Assembly: GCA_951406725.2 (NCBI GenBank)
Contig: OX597823.1
Span: 57,412,001 to 57,476,000, forward strand
Length of the DNA: 64,000 nucleotides
Source: Octopus vulgaris
Lineage: Eukaryota
Reading direction: 5' to 3'
Positions 50,576 to 64,000 of this stretch are shown in pieces; within the stretch, counting starts at the first letter, position 1, and each line of letters starts with the position of its first letter. The position numbers and the translations under genes are program-made. Below the pieces are notes generated by a model. It made no database searches and was not told the DNA's origin. It saw only the letters and a program-made list of their open reading frames with translations.

Positions 50576-50774
50576 TGTGTCTGTGTATTTGTGAGTATGT
50601 ATATGTATATATATGTACAATATTTGTAGATACATACAGACGCACACATATATGTATAAAGATAGACTGCGGTAGAGATAAAGGTATCTATCTGTATATA
50701 TATTTACGTATCTCTCTCTTTCTTTCCATGCGTGTGTAAGTATGTATATATATATATATATATGTGTGTGTAAG

Positions 50775-50825
<51 letters not shown>

Positions 50826-51109
50826 AAGTATATATATATATATATATATATATACTTATATATACATGTATATATATATATATAAACTGTAGATTGTCTG
50901 TGCGATGAACTATGACTAGGTGAAAAATCAGACACCCGCTGAGATGCTACATACGCAGCCACGCATATTCGCACAGCATTGCATGCATACGCACATCAGA
51001 ATGAACAAATACAGACGTATAATTATATATATAAATGTGGTTGTTTTGATGACATACCTGTCGAACCATGCCATAAATGAGCGCTTGAGCGTGTGTTACA
51101 AATCGACGA

Positions 51110-51800
51110 GGGCGGCTAAAACTTTCTAGAACAATCTACATGGCAGTTCTTGGCATCAAATCGTAGGCCTTTTCCAGGTCGTAGAACATCAGGAAAAGAG
51201 ATCTTTGTTGTTCTCTATTATTTTCTCATTTTTGTATTTGTTCCAACACCTTTCTTTCTGTACACGAACCTATACTCACACACTTTTCTGTCGGTGTGAT
51301 GATTAGATATCGCATAGATTGAGATCATTTCATCTTGTCCAAACTCCACTCATAAAGACCACCCAGTTTCATCTGCATTACCAATGTGCATTATTTAGAC
51401 ATCAATGCCTTGCCATTTCGTACATATAAGATGCAACGGTCAGTTAATTGCATCTGATCGTTTTGTTTTCATAGTCACCATGCAGAATACCAAACTGCTC
51501 GTCCTACTCAATCAAAAAACTTTTTCAGAGTTCAACATCGCCAATTCGAACATTCTTTTGAAACGTACAGATCATTTCTCTTACCTTAGAAGATTCCACT
51601 CACCGCGAAATCTTTCAGAAGAATGTGGAAAACTGGATTCGTGTTGGCTACTTTGTTTTCATAAACTTCTCTTTTCTCATCTTCTGAAACAAAGTCTTAA
51701 AACAACGAAGACACTCAAATTGTATCGAACTGCCTCAGTTTCATTCATCCTTTTCGAATATATATCCTTTACATTCCAGACATCAAAGAATTTCAGGGCA
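51110..51800 (-). mobile_element. Degraded LINE RT fragment
   Basis: Minus strand MFYDLEKAYDLMPR at 51148-51189 (RT motif F.DL.KAYD.VPR); extent of the element is approximate. Confidence 0.65.
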
Positions 51801-52050
51801 TTTGGTTGCAACAGCTTCGATTAATTATGAAAACCAAATGAGAAGCCTATGTTACTAATCTTGTAATGTATGAGAAAACTCGAGCGGTCGATATGGGAGT
51901 AGCTATCATCAAACATTGGCTCATGTAAATGGGCAATATGTGCTGTATTTGTAACACTAGGTTCACTTGTCAGTTCTTACTTCAAACTCAATATCAGTCT
52001 GCCGTTCGTCCTTCTGTAATTCTGAACAAGTAGTAATTAAATTGGGCTTC

Positions 52051-52268
52051 AATACCTATTTCTTTATTACCCACAGAGGGGACAAACAAGGACAGACATA
52101 GGTATTAAGTCGATTATATCGACCCCAGTGCGGAACTGGTACTTAATTTATCGACCCCGAAAGGATGAAAGGTAAAGTCGACCTCGGCGGAATTTGAACT
52201 CACAACGTAACGACAGACGAAATACCGCTAAGCATTTCATCCGGCGTGCTAACGTTTCTGCCAGCTCA
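52051..52268 (-). mobile_element. Young family A SINE
   Basis: Close match to the family consensus seen in this window: GAGCTGGCAGAAACGTTAGCACGCCGG..GAGTTCAAATTCCGCCGAGGTCGAC..AAAGAAATAGGTATT. Confidence 0.92.
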
Positions 52269-52786
52269 TAAATACGTACCTGTTGTTTACCTATCTTCTT
52301 CGAAGTTTGATATTTAGGTAAAGTAGGCTATTTTCAGGGATGAAAACTTGCGTGTGCTGACCTCTTCGATTAATTGAATGACGGAAGACGAATTTGTTGC
52401 TGCTATCTTCGATTATTTACGAGTTAATGCTTCTTACAATAATTGGGATACAATGCTTTGAATGTGTGTCGAACAAAAGATAACAGTTCCTAGTGGACAT
52501 TCATGATCGATTCATAACTCAATTTCGTTCAGTTGTAGCTTGAGATAATTGTGGCTCAAGGATTGTGGTGGTAATTCTAAGGAAAATTTACTTTGCACTC
52601 TTTGAAAACTACACTGAGCTTGCTGAGTTTTTCAATGCTGAACCAGATGAAAACAACCAAGCTTTGCCGGTCTGGCGCATCATCGCAATAGTGATGCTCT
52701 GCTCATGAATGTATATGATACCTATTCAAAGGTCACACAATTCCACACTTAAATATACACACATGTATACGTAGATTTCGTACACG

Positions 52787-53102
<316 letters not shown>

Positions 53103-53761
53103 TATGTATATATACGCACATGCACACACACACACCACACACACACAGATGTACAAATATGTACATATATATTTAAATTGGTTGCTGGTACCACTTATTC
53201 AGATAGATGATTAGTAGAATTTGGAGTGTGCACATTAACTGTTAATATTATGACTGTGCATTTATTTTAGGCTGTTTAACTTGAACCTCACTTTTTGAGC
53301 GCTGCCTGCCAAAGCAGAACGGCTGGCATAGTTATAGAACGCCGGGAGCATCAAAATGTAAATCTATTTTTTTTTAGTCACATAAATCTTGATTTTTAAG
53401 AGAGATGGGCGCTGATCTATGAACATTTTTAATAAATGCAGTGTAATGTTGTCAGTGACCAGGTCGTAGTTTCGAGAGACAAAAGTTTTTGATATCACAT
53501 AACAGACAATACATTTTTAAATGAAGTTAGTAAACACTGTGTGTTTCAGATTGGTTAACATGTATTCTCCACACTGCAATCGTTTTATTTGCAACACACT
53601 GTTTCAGACTCAAATCGTTTGCCTGGTCAATACACCTCCGTAATACTTAGTAATAAATTTCTAGGATTTAGTGATGCTGACTTTGGACCACATAGAGGTC
53701 TCGCTACTCATTGTCGTGCAAATATCACCTTCGTAGGTGAATATTCTTTCACCGAGGTTAA

Positions 53762-53985
53762 CCCTTTCGTTACCAACCCGGCTGAAACCGGCTCTGGCTC
53801 TGAGTACAAATATCTTGATTTTGTAAGTTTTGAATTAAAATCTTCCACCAAACCTTAGTCACAGTTTATGCTCCTAACACTAGCTTAATGATAACTAAGT
53901 TATTTTATTAAATTCTTTGTTACATCTAAAAATTAATTGAAAGAAACATAGAGCATCACAAAATAAATGTAGTAATGAAGAATGA
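53762..53985 (+). mobile_element. piggyBac-type MITE (right end degenerate)
   Basis: TTAA-CCCTTTCGTTAC left terminus; GTAATGAAG at ~53972 resembles a decayed GTAACGAAAGGG right terminus. Confidence 0.55.
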
Positions 53986-55217
53986 TATTTGACATGGTTT
54001 CATCTGTAACAGAAGGTCATGTGGCTGTCAGGTACCATATCTGACGAAACAGCATTATGAACTTATAGAGCTTATAGAAATTCGTATATGTAGAGCCTAT
54101 TTCTTGAAACCATTCCCTTAACTGCCAGATGAAAGAATCACCGGTGGCAGTCCTCCATCCCAATGTAATCAAAGTGATGTTGTGGTTAGGATTCCTGATT
54201 GAATCAATTCCCATAGACACACGCTCATACATACGTGTACATGCATACATACATACAAATGTACAGACAAACATGCATGCATACATATATACATGCGTAC
54301 AACATATATGTATATGAGAGTATATGTACTTGGATGTGAATGTCTGTGTGTGTGTATGAGTGTGTGTGAGCGAGCGTATGTGTGGTGTGTGTGTGTGTGC
54401 GTATGTGTATGTGTGTCTGTAATCACCAGGATTAGCGACTCCATTGTGTCTATATTAACTTAAATATGCAATTAGCTGAGGAGTTTAAGAAAAATCAGAC
54501 AAGGAAAACGGAACGATTGCTTTACTGTATACATATAGGCTCGCGCACTCACACACGCGCACACACACAAAATCACACTCTATCAACTGGGTTGGCGCAT
54601 GGCCATAAATAAATTTTCTTTATGCATTCATATTAATAAGTGACGGCTTCATAAGTATATTGGTATGACTATCCATACATGCATACATACATACATATGT
54701 GCGTGCATGCATGTGTGCGTGACTGCGTTTGTGTATATATATATATATATGCAGTCACATATCAACATACCCTCGTATTTACATACAAATATGTATATAT
54801 ATTCATCAATGTGCAGCCATAGAGATAAATTTATATACATATGTAATGATTTATTATTATCTTTATATACATATGCATAGAAATTAGCAGAAATGGTTAT
54901 ACATAACTATCCATATCGTTAGATTTTTTTTTCTCTATTTATCTATATAAACTTCTATATATATATTTCTTTGTCGCGCAAAGCTCACGCACTTACGTAT
55001 GTTAGTGACAGAGTCTGCATATTCAGACACACAAACACATACACTGACACACATATACACACACACGCATGCACATATTTGAATATGTGTATAAAAGCAT
55101 ACATATATCTACAAATAAATATGCATAGAAATACGGAAATGTATGCATGTTTATTTATAAACCCAAATACACGCACGTACACAAACACAGACACACATGC
55201 ATATAAATGTATGTGTA

Positions 55218-55287
<70 letters not shown>

Positions 55288-55313
55288 CATACATACATAC
55301 ATACATACATACA

Positions 55314-55344
<31 letters not shown>

Positions 55345-55351
55345 TTATAAC

Positions 55352-55600
55352 AATAATTAGGGGTTTAGTAACAAGTTGCTTCACGACATACCGAAAATTT
55401 AGAAATAGCAGCCAAAAGACCGGTATTTCTTTTCAGCACAAAATATGACTCAATAGATAACAATATCTGTAACTCACATAGGTAAAAAGAAGGAAAATAA
55501 TGAAATCAAACAGTCTTCGATTAATTATGGACGCGTTTCTGGATTAGAATTATAAAAATTAATTTCCTTTGTCAACATATTATTTCGAGAATTATAAATT
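55352..55600 (-). mobile_element. PLE-like terminal element with degenerate HHR, family shared with 56575-56815
   Basis: AACAAGTTGCTTCACGACATACCGAAAATTTAGAAATAGCAG is shared with 56575; minus strand 55526-55579 reads UAUG UUGACAA AGGA...UCCA GAAAC GC GUC|CAUA. Confidence 0.6.
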
Positions 55601-56220
55601 TGAAAATGATGGAATTCTACCACTATCGGAAGTTTGAAAGTGTTTAGTTAAAAAAAGATTAATTAAATAATCTTTACGTCAATCTGAACCCTAGCGAAAT
55701 TTGAACTCAAGAACGTAAAGACAGATGAAATGGCGTCGTTGAAACTAAACATTCATTTTATAAATATATTCTTTATTCTTATAGATGAAGCATTAGTCCC
55801 TTACTTCGTTACTTACTGACATGAAATTTAGTAACATTTTACCTCATAACTTTTCTTCTACAAACTTTTGTTCAATGCGACTAGCAATTCTGAATTCCTC
55901 ATGCATTTTTCTATCATTTAAGCCTGAGAAAATTATACTTTTAATTTAAATTTTAAAAAAATATGTTAATTGAAGATGAATAACTGCTTTACTGCCCCCC
56001 TCCTTGAGGTCGCTGTAACATCTTTTCTAATGTAACTTTTTTTCTACTGAACTAAATCTGAAACTATTTATGCCAAAGTGTAGCTGAGGAGGTGTCCTCT
56101 TTAAAACTATTAACAGTTTGCAATTGGTGGTGAAGCTTGGAAGCTGCTGCGATTGACGAAATGGTGAACTTAAGAATATATTCAACCACTAAGTGGTTGA
56201 GATCGTTAGCTCCTACACGC

Positions 56221-56385
56221 ATTGTTTTCCCTCCTTTTTTTTTTCTGTGTATCTTTCTGTCGAAGAGCGTAGGCTCGAAACGTAAAAGACTTTTTCTATT
56301 TCTATTCCTGAGCGTTATACTAATACATTTGTTTGTTGTACTCCACCTGCCTTCGTCTTTTGTCTATTTTCGTAAACCTTCCCGT
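56221..56385 (+). mobile_element. HHR element family H2
   Basis: 56252-56289: UCUUU CUGUCGA A GAGC-GUAG-GCUC GAAAC GUA|AAAGA; ends in (TA)n. Confidence 0.78.
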
Positions 56386-56574
56386 TATATATATATATAT
56401 ATATATATATATTACAGATATAGGGTGAATAATTATTAATTTAATATAGGGTGAATAATTATTAATTTAATAATGAATACATTTTACCAAGTAGCTTCGA
56501 TATGGAAAAAACCCCATTATCGGTAAAAACTTATACAAAAATTTTTTATTATTATAAATATAATTAATGGTTCA

Positions 56575-56815
56575 GCAACAAGTTGCCTCACCACATACCG
56601 AAAATTTCGAAATAGCAGTCAAAAATAGCTAATTCTTTTAACTACAAATATAACTCCACAGACAGCAATACTCGTAACTCTTGTTGCAAATGTGAGTTAC
56701 GAGTATTGTTGTATGTGGAGTTATAATATTTGTAGTTAAAAGAATTAGCTATTTTTGACTTCTATTTCAACATTTTCGGTATGTGGTGCGGCAACTTGTT
56801 GCAAAACCCTTAATT
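56575..56815. repeat. ~230-bp palindrome ending in (TA)n
   Basis: GCAACAAGTTGCC..CACATACCGAAAAT..AAAATAGCTAATTCTTTTAACTACAAATAT..AATACTCGTAACTC is mirrored across a 13-nt spacer. Confidence 0.88.
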
Positions 56816-56845
56816 ATATATACACACACATATATATACATATGC

Positions 56846-56881
<36 letters not shown>

Positions 56882-56944
56882 GCATATGTATATATATGTG
56901 TGTATATATATATATATATATTGGCCACTAGAATATATATTCGA

Positions 56945-58247
<1,303 letters not shown>

Positions 58248-58525
58248 TTGAATAGCCTGTAACAGCGCTATTCATCCTGAGATTGATTGCATCTGTTATA
58301 GACGTAGACGTACTATGTGAAAAACGCAATAAAGATCGGAATGAGAAGAAAAGTTTCCCCAGCTGCAGCCAGCGAGAAAGCTAGAGATGCTCCGGCTCTA
58401 TTGGGCTTTTTCGATGACGTCTACTCGCAGCCGGCCACATGCTTGGACTAGAATTCGTTTTTTTTTCTGATTTGGGAAGCAGTGAATAATGTATACATAT
58501 ATCTATAAATAAATATACATAAAAC

Positions 58526-58569
<44 letters not shown>

Positions 58570-58739
58570 CAAATAGCCAGTCGGCTGAATAAAAAATGTG
58601 ATATACGCAAGTGAGTCTGTAGTAAATTATAATAGTCATTTCTGTATACAAGTTAATGTAAATACACCTTCCTGTTAGAAAGTCATTGCAGGTTAATTAT
58701 AATCTGCAAACGAACTTTCGGTAAAATAAGGATTGAGAA

Positions 58740-60277
58740 TATGTCGAGCGAACAAAAGAAAGCCTGTGGAAGTCAACGTAATCAACTTGTGAAAGGAACG
58801 GAGAATTCATGAAACAACATTGATTCAGTTAAAGAATAGCAAACATATAGTGGCTATAATAATTCTGCAAAATGAGGTAATTATGTCAAATTTATTGATA
58901 CGCTATGCAAATATAATGAATAGTTGAGAGGTTTTCTCAACAATGCTGCAACTTTTGTGGGCCTGTCAAATTTAATACGAAACGACCTCATAGATTCTGG
59001 GTCATATGCGTGAAGAAATTGAAAAAAGGGGCCCAACATGCAAATTTAATGTTTGTAATGAAATCCCTGACAATACCAATTTATGTCAGTTGTCATATGT
59101 GTTCCTTTATTCATTGGATAACAAGGTAACAAGGTATATGAGTTGTTCTTAAGGTTTGGGAACGTCTCTCTTGATAAAACATCAGATGCGCTTTACACAT
59201 TTGTTATAAAATATGAATGGGAAAGTAAACTACTTGCTAAAATTGTAGGTGGCATTACAGTCATGACTAGGATGTTTTAGGCATGCTGTCATCAGTTAAG
59301 GGAAAGAAATCGAACTGCTTAATTGATATGGTGTTTTACCTAGTAACTAAATCGAGGTTTATCTGAAGTAGTGCCAATGCTACATTCATGACTTTCTTTC
59401 AGGAATTATACAAAAGAAAAAAGAAAGAAAAGGAACGTATCTTTTAAATAATAAAAGAAATGACCGACTAAAATCTTTCGAAAGTATCAGTCACTCGGAA
59501 TTATGCTTAAAGACTAGCTGAAACTGCGCCTGAATGTTAAGAATTTCTTATTGATATATTGGAAAACAGATTTTGAATTTGAGTGGGATCGAGAACAACT
59601 GTGCAAGTGGAATTTTGTCAAAGATAATTAATTTTTTAATAATTTTCTCTCTTAACCCTTTGAAAGCAGAAATTTGATGTCTCTGATCAAGATTTTCTAC
59701 TGTTAATTGCGGAAAGCGGCTTTAACTCACGGTTTTGAAACAACCTTTCTTTATGCTACGAGAAGCAATGACAGCCCTAGCAACACTTTTGTAAAACGCC
59801 AGTTTTTCTGATTTTCTTAATTTTTTAACAGATCTCATCAGATAACTCTTTACAGGGCAAGGATCAAATAATTTCAGTAATGGATATGGAAACCGTACCT
59901 AGAAGAGATACGGAAAATATATAGAAGAAACTGAAGATATCAGTTCTATGTTTTGGTGGATAATTCATATCATTAGAGTAATGAGTCTGAAATTTAATTA
60001 CGTCGTCATAGTTTTAAAAGGATTTGCATTTTTTTTTTCAATTTCAAATATACTATTTGATATAAAATAAAGCCACAATTTATGATGTGGTGTAGTGTCT
60101 AAAAAGGAACGATTTTCCTTTGAAGTTGGGGAAAAGATGAACAGAAAAGAGATTGAAAATATTTTGGAAACAGCAAAGAACTGTTATTACACAAATGAAA
60201 ACGCACCTAGATTTAAGAAAGGGAACAAAAATATTGAATTGAAGATTTTAAGTAGAAATATTGGAAAAAGTACTTAA
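58740..60277 (+). pseudogene. Decayed hAT (ZMYM1/Tip100-like) transposase
   Basis: GNYVKFIDTLCKYNE*LRGFLNNAATFVGLSNLIRNDLIDS; NEIPDNTNLCQLSYV (cf. DETTD...QLS); FLRFGNVSLDKTSDAL; KLLAKIVGGITVM (cf. KLVAQ.YDGAAVM); LIWCFT**LN (cf. HCYAH.LN). Confidence 0.72.
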
Positions 60278-60461
60278 CAGTTTAATATCAGATTTTAAAA
60301 TTTGGATTCATTAAGACTCGTAGAACTTATAAATCTTCATCATTGTGTAGATTTAGAAAGCAATTACACACACATGAACAGACACAATATATATGATTGT
60401 CTGTGTGTCTGTGTGTACACACACACATACATATATATCTGTGTATGTATGTGTGTATATA

Positions 60462-60507
<46 letters not shown>

Positions 60508-61989
60508 TTATGAATGTATGGATAAATGTATGTATGTATGTATAAAAGAAGATATGAAATTATCTTTCTTTAACTGTGAAAGTCGCTAACGATTGGTACA
60601 ATATTTTATTTACTTTTTCCAATTCTAGGGGAAGATTTAATAAATTGAGAATTTAATTCGTACGGCATTCAGTACTTCTCTCCTTAACTTTTGTAAGTAT
60701 GGAAACATACACAAGAACATATATACATACGTATATACATACATACATACTTTCATACATACATACATAAATACAACTCTAGAGTACTGGAATCAAGGAA
60801 TTATGTTTTTGTTGAAGAACATCTTTGGCAGGAAATTAGAAAGATACTCAAAAAGTAGTAGTTGTTCGGAGCGCGGCCAGTGACTTTAACTGTGTGAAAT
60901 AAAACCGAGTGTATTCAATATCTGTGAACCAGTTGCAAGATTTAAGGTCGGGTTTGTTTTGGAGAAGTATTGGTACTTTTCAATTAACCAATACTGGACG
61001 TAAACGTTGCAGATTTTGACGCACTTCATTGATTGTCCGGCAATGCTAATCTCTATGCCGGTTCCATCAGGATTCAAGGAATAGTAATGAATGATTCCAC
61101 TTGCCAGTCATCAAATTGTTACTGAACATAACGTTCTTTCGATGCAGCGGCAGTTTACGAAAGTGTTTTCCGTACTTCATCTTGGTCAGGCGACTGCACA
61201 GAATGTTTCGGTTCTTATAAAGAATTCATTTTTCGTCAAATGTTAACATGGAAGCGAACACTACAACAAACAATAATAAATAGCGAAAGCAAAGCCATCA
61301 ATAGAGAAAACTCTTCGTTGTAAAACGCTACATTATATAACAAAGTTAAACAAAAGTTTACTGCACCGATAAACATCATATTTTTAAATAACAAGACTAA
61401 CAATTGATTGTACATCAACACTCATGATGTCCGTATTTACTCTGACATTTTCAATTGTGCTGATGCGAGGTATTCGCAAAACTATCATCCATTGCGCCTA
61501 AAAAATATAATAAGCATTAACATATGTCACCGGGAAGAACATTGATGCTAATAACAATATGCGCAGTTTCGTTTATTGTCCTGGCAATTCATGTACACAA
61601 TGTCGTTGCTCGCCGTCGAGTAAAAGTTGTTATTTGTTCTATATGTATACGTAAGTATATATATACACACATACATAGTACAATCATACATACATACATA
61701 AGTACGTACATACAGATATATATACACATATGTGTAAATATATGCATACATATACACACATATATATATATATATACATACATACATATATATTAATTGT
61801 GTATATATGCTTACATAAATACATACGTACATACAGAGATACATCCATACAGATATGCACACACAAAATCACATACACACACGCATAGACAGACACACAA
61901 ACGTACACATATTCGTACAGTGCGTCGCAAGTTACACACTGCAAACTGATGCTCATGATTCGTGAACGACAGTATATACATACATGCAT

Positions 61990-62022
<33 letters not shown>

Positions 62023-62029
62023 CACACGT

Positions 62030-62060
<31 letters not shown>

Positions 62061-62440
62061 GTGAGAGAGAGAGAGAAAAGAATACATATACTTATGTGTA
62101 TCTCTATATATATGCATACATGTATATTGATGTATTTGTATGTGTGTTATGGGAGAAAGCGGGGGAGAGATGCATACGCTCATGTAGATATCAATATCAA
62201 TGTGTGTGTGGTGTGTGTGTGTATGTCTTGTATGCATTTGTATATGTGTTTGTGTTATGCATATACTGACTGATTGACTCCTTGATTAAAAGGTAAAATA
62301 TTGAAGTTGACAATAATAGCTATTAATTACACTCCAGGCTTTCATTTAAATGGAATTAGACATCGTAGGGTAAAACCAGATTTCTCGTTTTAGACAGAAT
62401 ATGGAGAAAAGAGAGAAAAATGATTTCAGTGCAAGTTCTT

Positions 62441-62618
<178 letters not shown>

Positions 62619-62631
62619 CATACACACATGC

Positions 62632-62995
62632 ATAACACACTGCCTGAGTTCCAATCTTGAGAAATTAGGCTTCTCAGCACCAGAAAGGAGAAAGCTGACT
62701 ACAATCCAAACCATCACTGGATCTGTAAAAATCTGTAAAACTTTCCAAAATTTTATCATTTAAATATATATGCGCATGTGTAGACATGCAGTTCTGTACA
62801 TGAAAATGCATACATCAAACAAGACATTCAAGTGTGCATTTGCACTGACTCCACATACTGCATGCACAGTTATACACACACAAGCAAAACTACCCTGTTG
62901 ATGTTGAAATTCAAATAAAGGAGCCTTGGATCTATGTTATAAATCGCCTCTTGCGCTATAGGCAAGAAATCTTGAAATAAAACTGAATATTAACA
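62632..62995 (+). mobile_element. 5'-truncated RLE-type non-LTR retrotransposon (C-terminus plus 3' UTR)
   Basis: ITHCLSSNLEKLGFSAPERRKLTTIQTITGSVKICKTFQNFII*, homologous to 42645-42812, then a 3' UTR with AATAAA near 62977. Confidence 0.75.
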
Positions 62996-63340
62996 GACAT
63001 GCATGAATGCATAAGTACTTACACTGTAGAAAGGATATATTTTGACAAACGGTAAGGAATTTGAAGATCCAGCACCCAAGATACACTTTCAACAATGTAC
63101 GTGCTGATCAGCCTAGAGCAAAATATGGCTGAAATTGGGATCATGGAATGAGAATACAATTTCCTAATTCATACATGACAAATGATTACAATAGTTAGGA
63201 CAATAAATAATCTGCAAGATCTTAAGATTTGAAGAATGATGAACAAAAAATGTGCTTTCCTTGTCATCCCTGCTACCAAGCAGTTGTCCAGTGAAAATTA
63301 ACTCTAAAGTAAAAGGAGAAAAATAAAACATACTTTTTAT

Positions 63341-63538
63341 TCTTTACTCTTTTACTTGTTTCAGTCATTTGTCTGTGGCCATGCTGGAGCACCGCCTTCA
63401 GTCGAGCAAACCGACCCCATGACTTATTCTTTGTATGACTAGTGCTTATTCAATCGGTCTCTTTTGCCGAACCGCTAAGTTACGGGGACGTAAACACACC
63501 AGCATCGGTTGTCAAGCGATGCTGGGAGGACAAACACA

Positions 63539-63579
<41 letters not shown>

Positions 63580-63751
63580 ACATATATATATATATATAGT
63601 TTCAGTTTCCGTCTACCAAATCCACACACAAGGCTTTGGTCGGCCCGAGGCTATAGTAGAAGACGCTTGTCCAAGGTGCTACTTAGTGTGACTGAACCCG
63701 GAACCATGTGGTTGGTAAGCAAGCTACTTACCACACACCCACTCCTACGTC
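63341..63751 (-). mobile_element. Full-length family B SINE
   Basis: Reverse complement of the 19336 copy from head (TTACCACACACCCACTCC) to tail (TTTTACTTGTTTCAGTCATTTG). Confidence 0.92.
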
Positions 63752-64000
63752 TTCTCAATCTTGATTCAATTTCCGAACACCATTTTAGTTTCCTTTTAAT
63801 TGGCTGTTATTTCTGGAAAAGCGAGCGAAAATTTAGAATCACAATGGCATTAAATCACAAGAGATTAATGCTACTGTTGTTGTTTAACTCCTTATCAGCC
63901 TTGATTAAAAAATCCCAGATACAGTTTGGGTTATCAAGATTCGTTAGCCCTTTGTTTGTCCAAAGTATCTTTGCTTGTCCTAAACGTGCATGTTATTTTC

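Noticed and set aside
60800-61220. Possible piggyBac transposase relic (CNWFTD, cf. DNWFTS, minus strand)
   Set aside because: One degenerate motif and no TTAA-bounded termini identified.

Overview
AT-rich, microsatellite-saturated eukaryotic non-coding DNA with no recognisable host protein-coding gene; almost all ORFs in the supplied track are translations of (TA)n/(CA)n/(TACA)n/triplet repeats. The SINE repertoire and repeat landscape suggest an Octopus (coleoid cephalopod) genome, which is my inference and was not searched. The window holds three tRNA-derived SINE families, relics of RTE-, CR1- and R4/Dong-type LINEs, a Penelope-like (PLE) GIY-YIG tail, Tc1 (D36E spacing), mariner-like, hAT and piggyBac-type DNA transposon remnants, and many foldback structures. 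Two things stand out. (1) About a dozen minimal type I hammerhead ribozyme (HHR) motifs, three with a canonical core and several with family-wide core variants, sit in short elements beside (TA)n, often with an inverted partial copy. (2) A 1.6 kb ORF1-only (CCHC zinc-knuckle) retroposon with an array of four stem-loops in its 3' UTR has inserted, with a 14-bp TSD, into the tRNA head of a SINE. All family assignments come from motif recognition by eye; coordinates of degraded elements are approximate.
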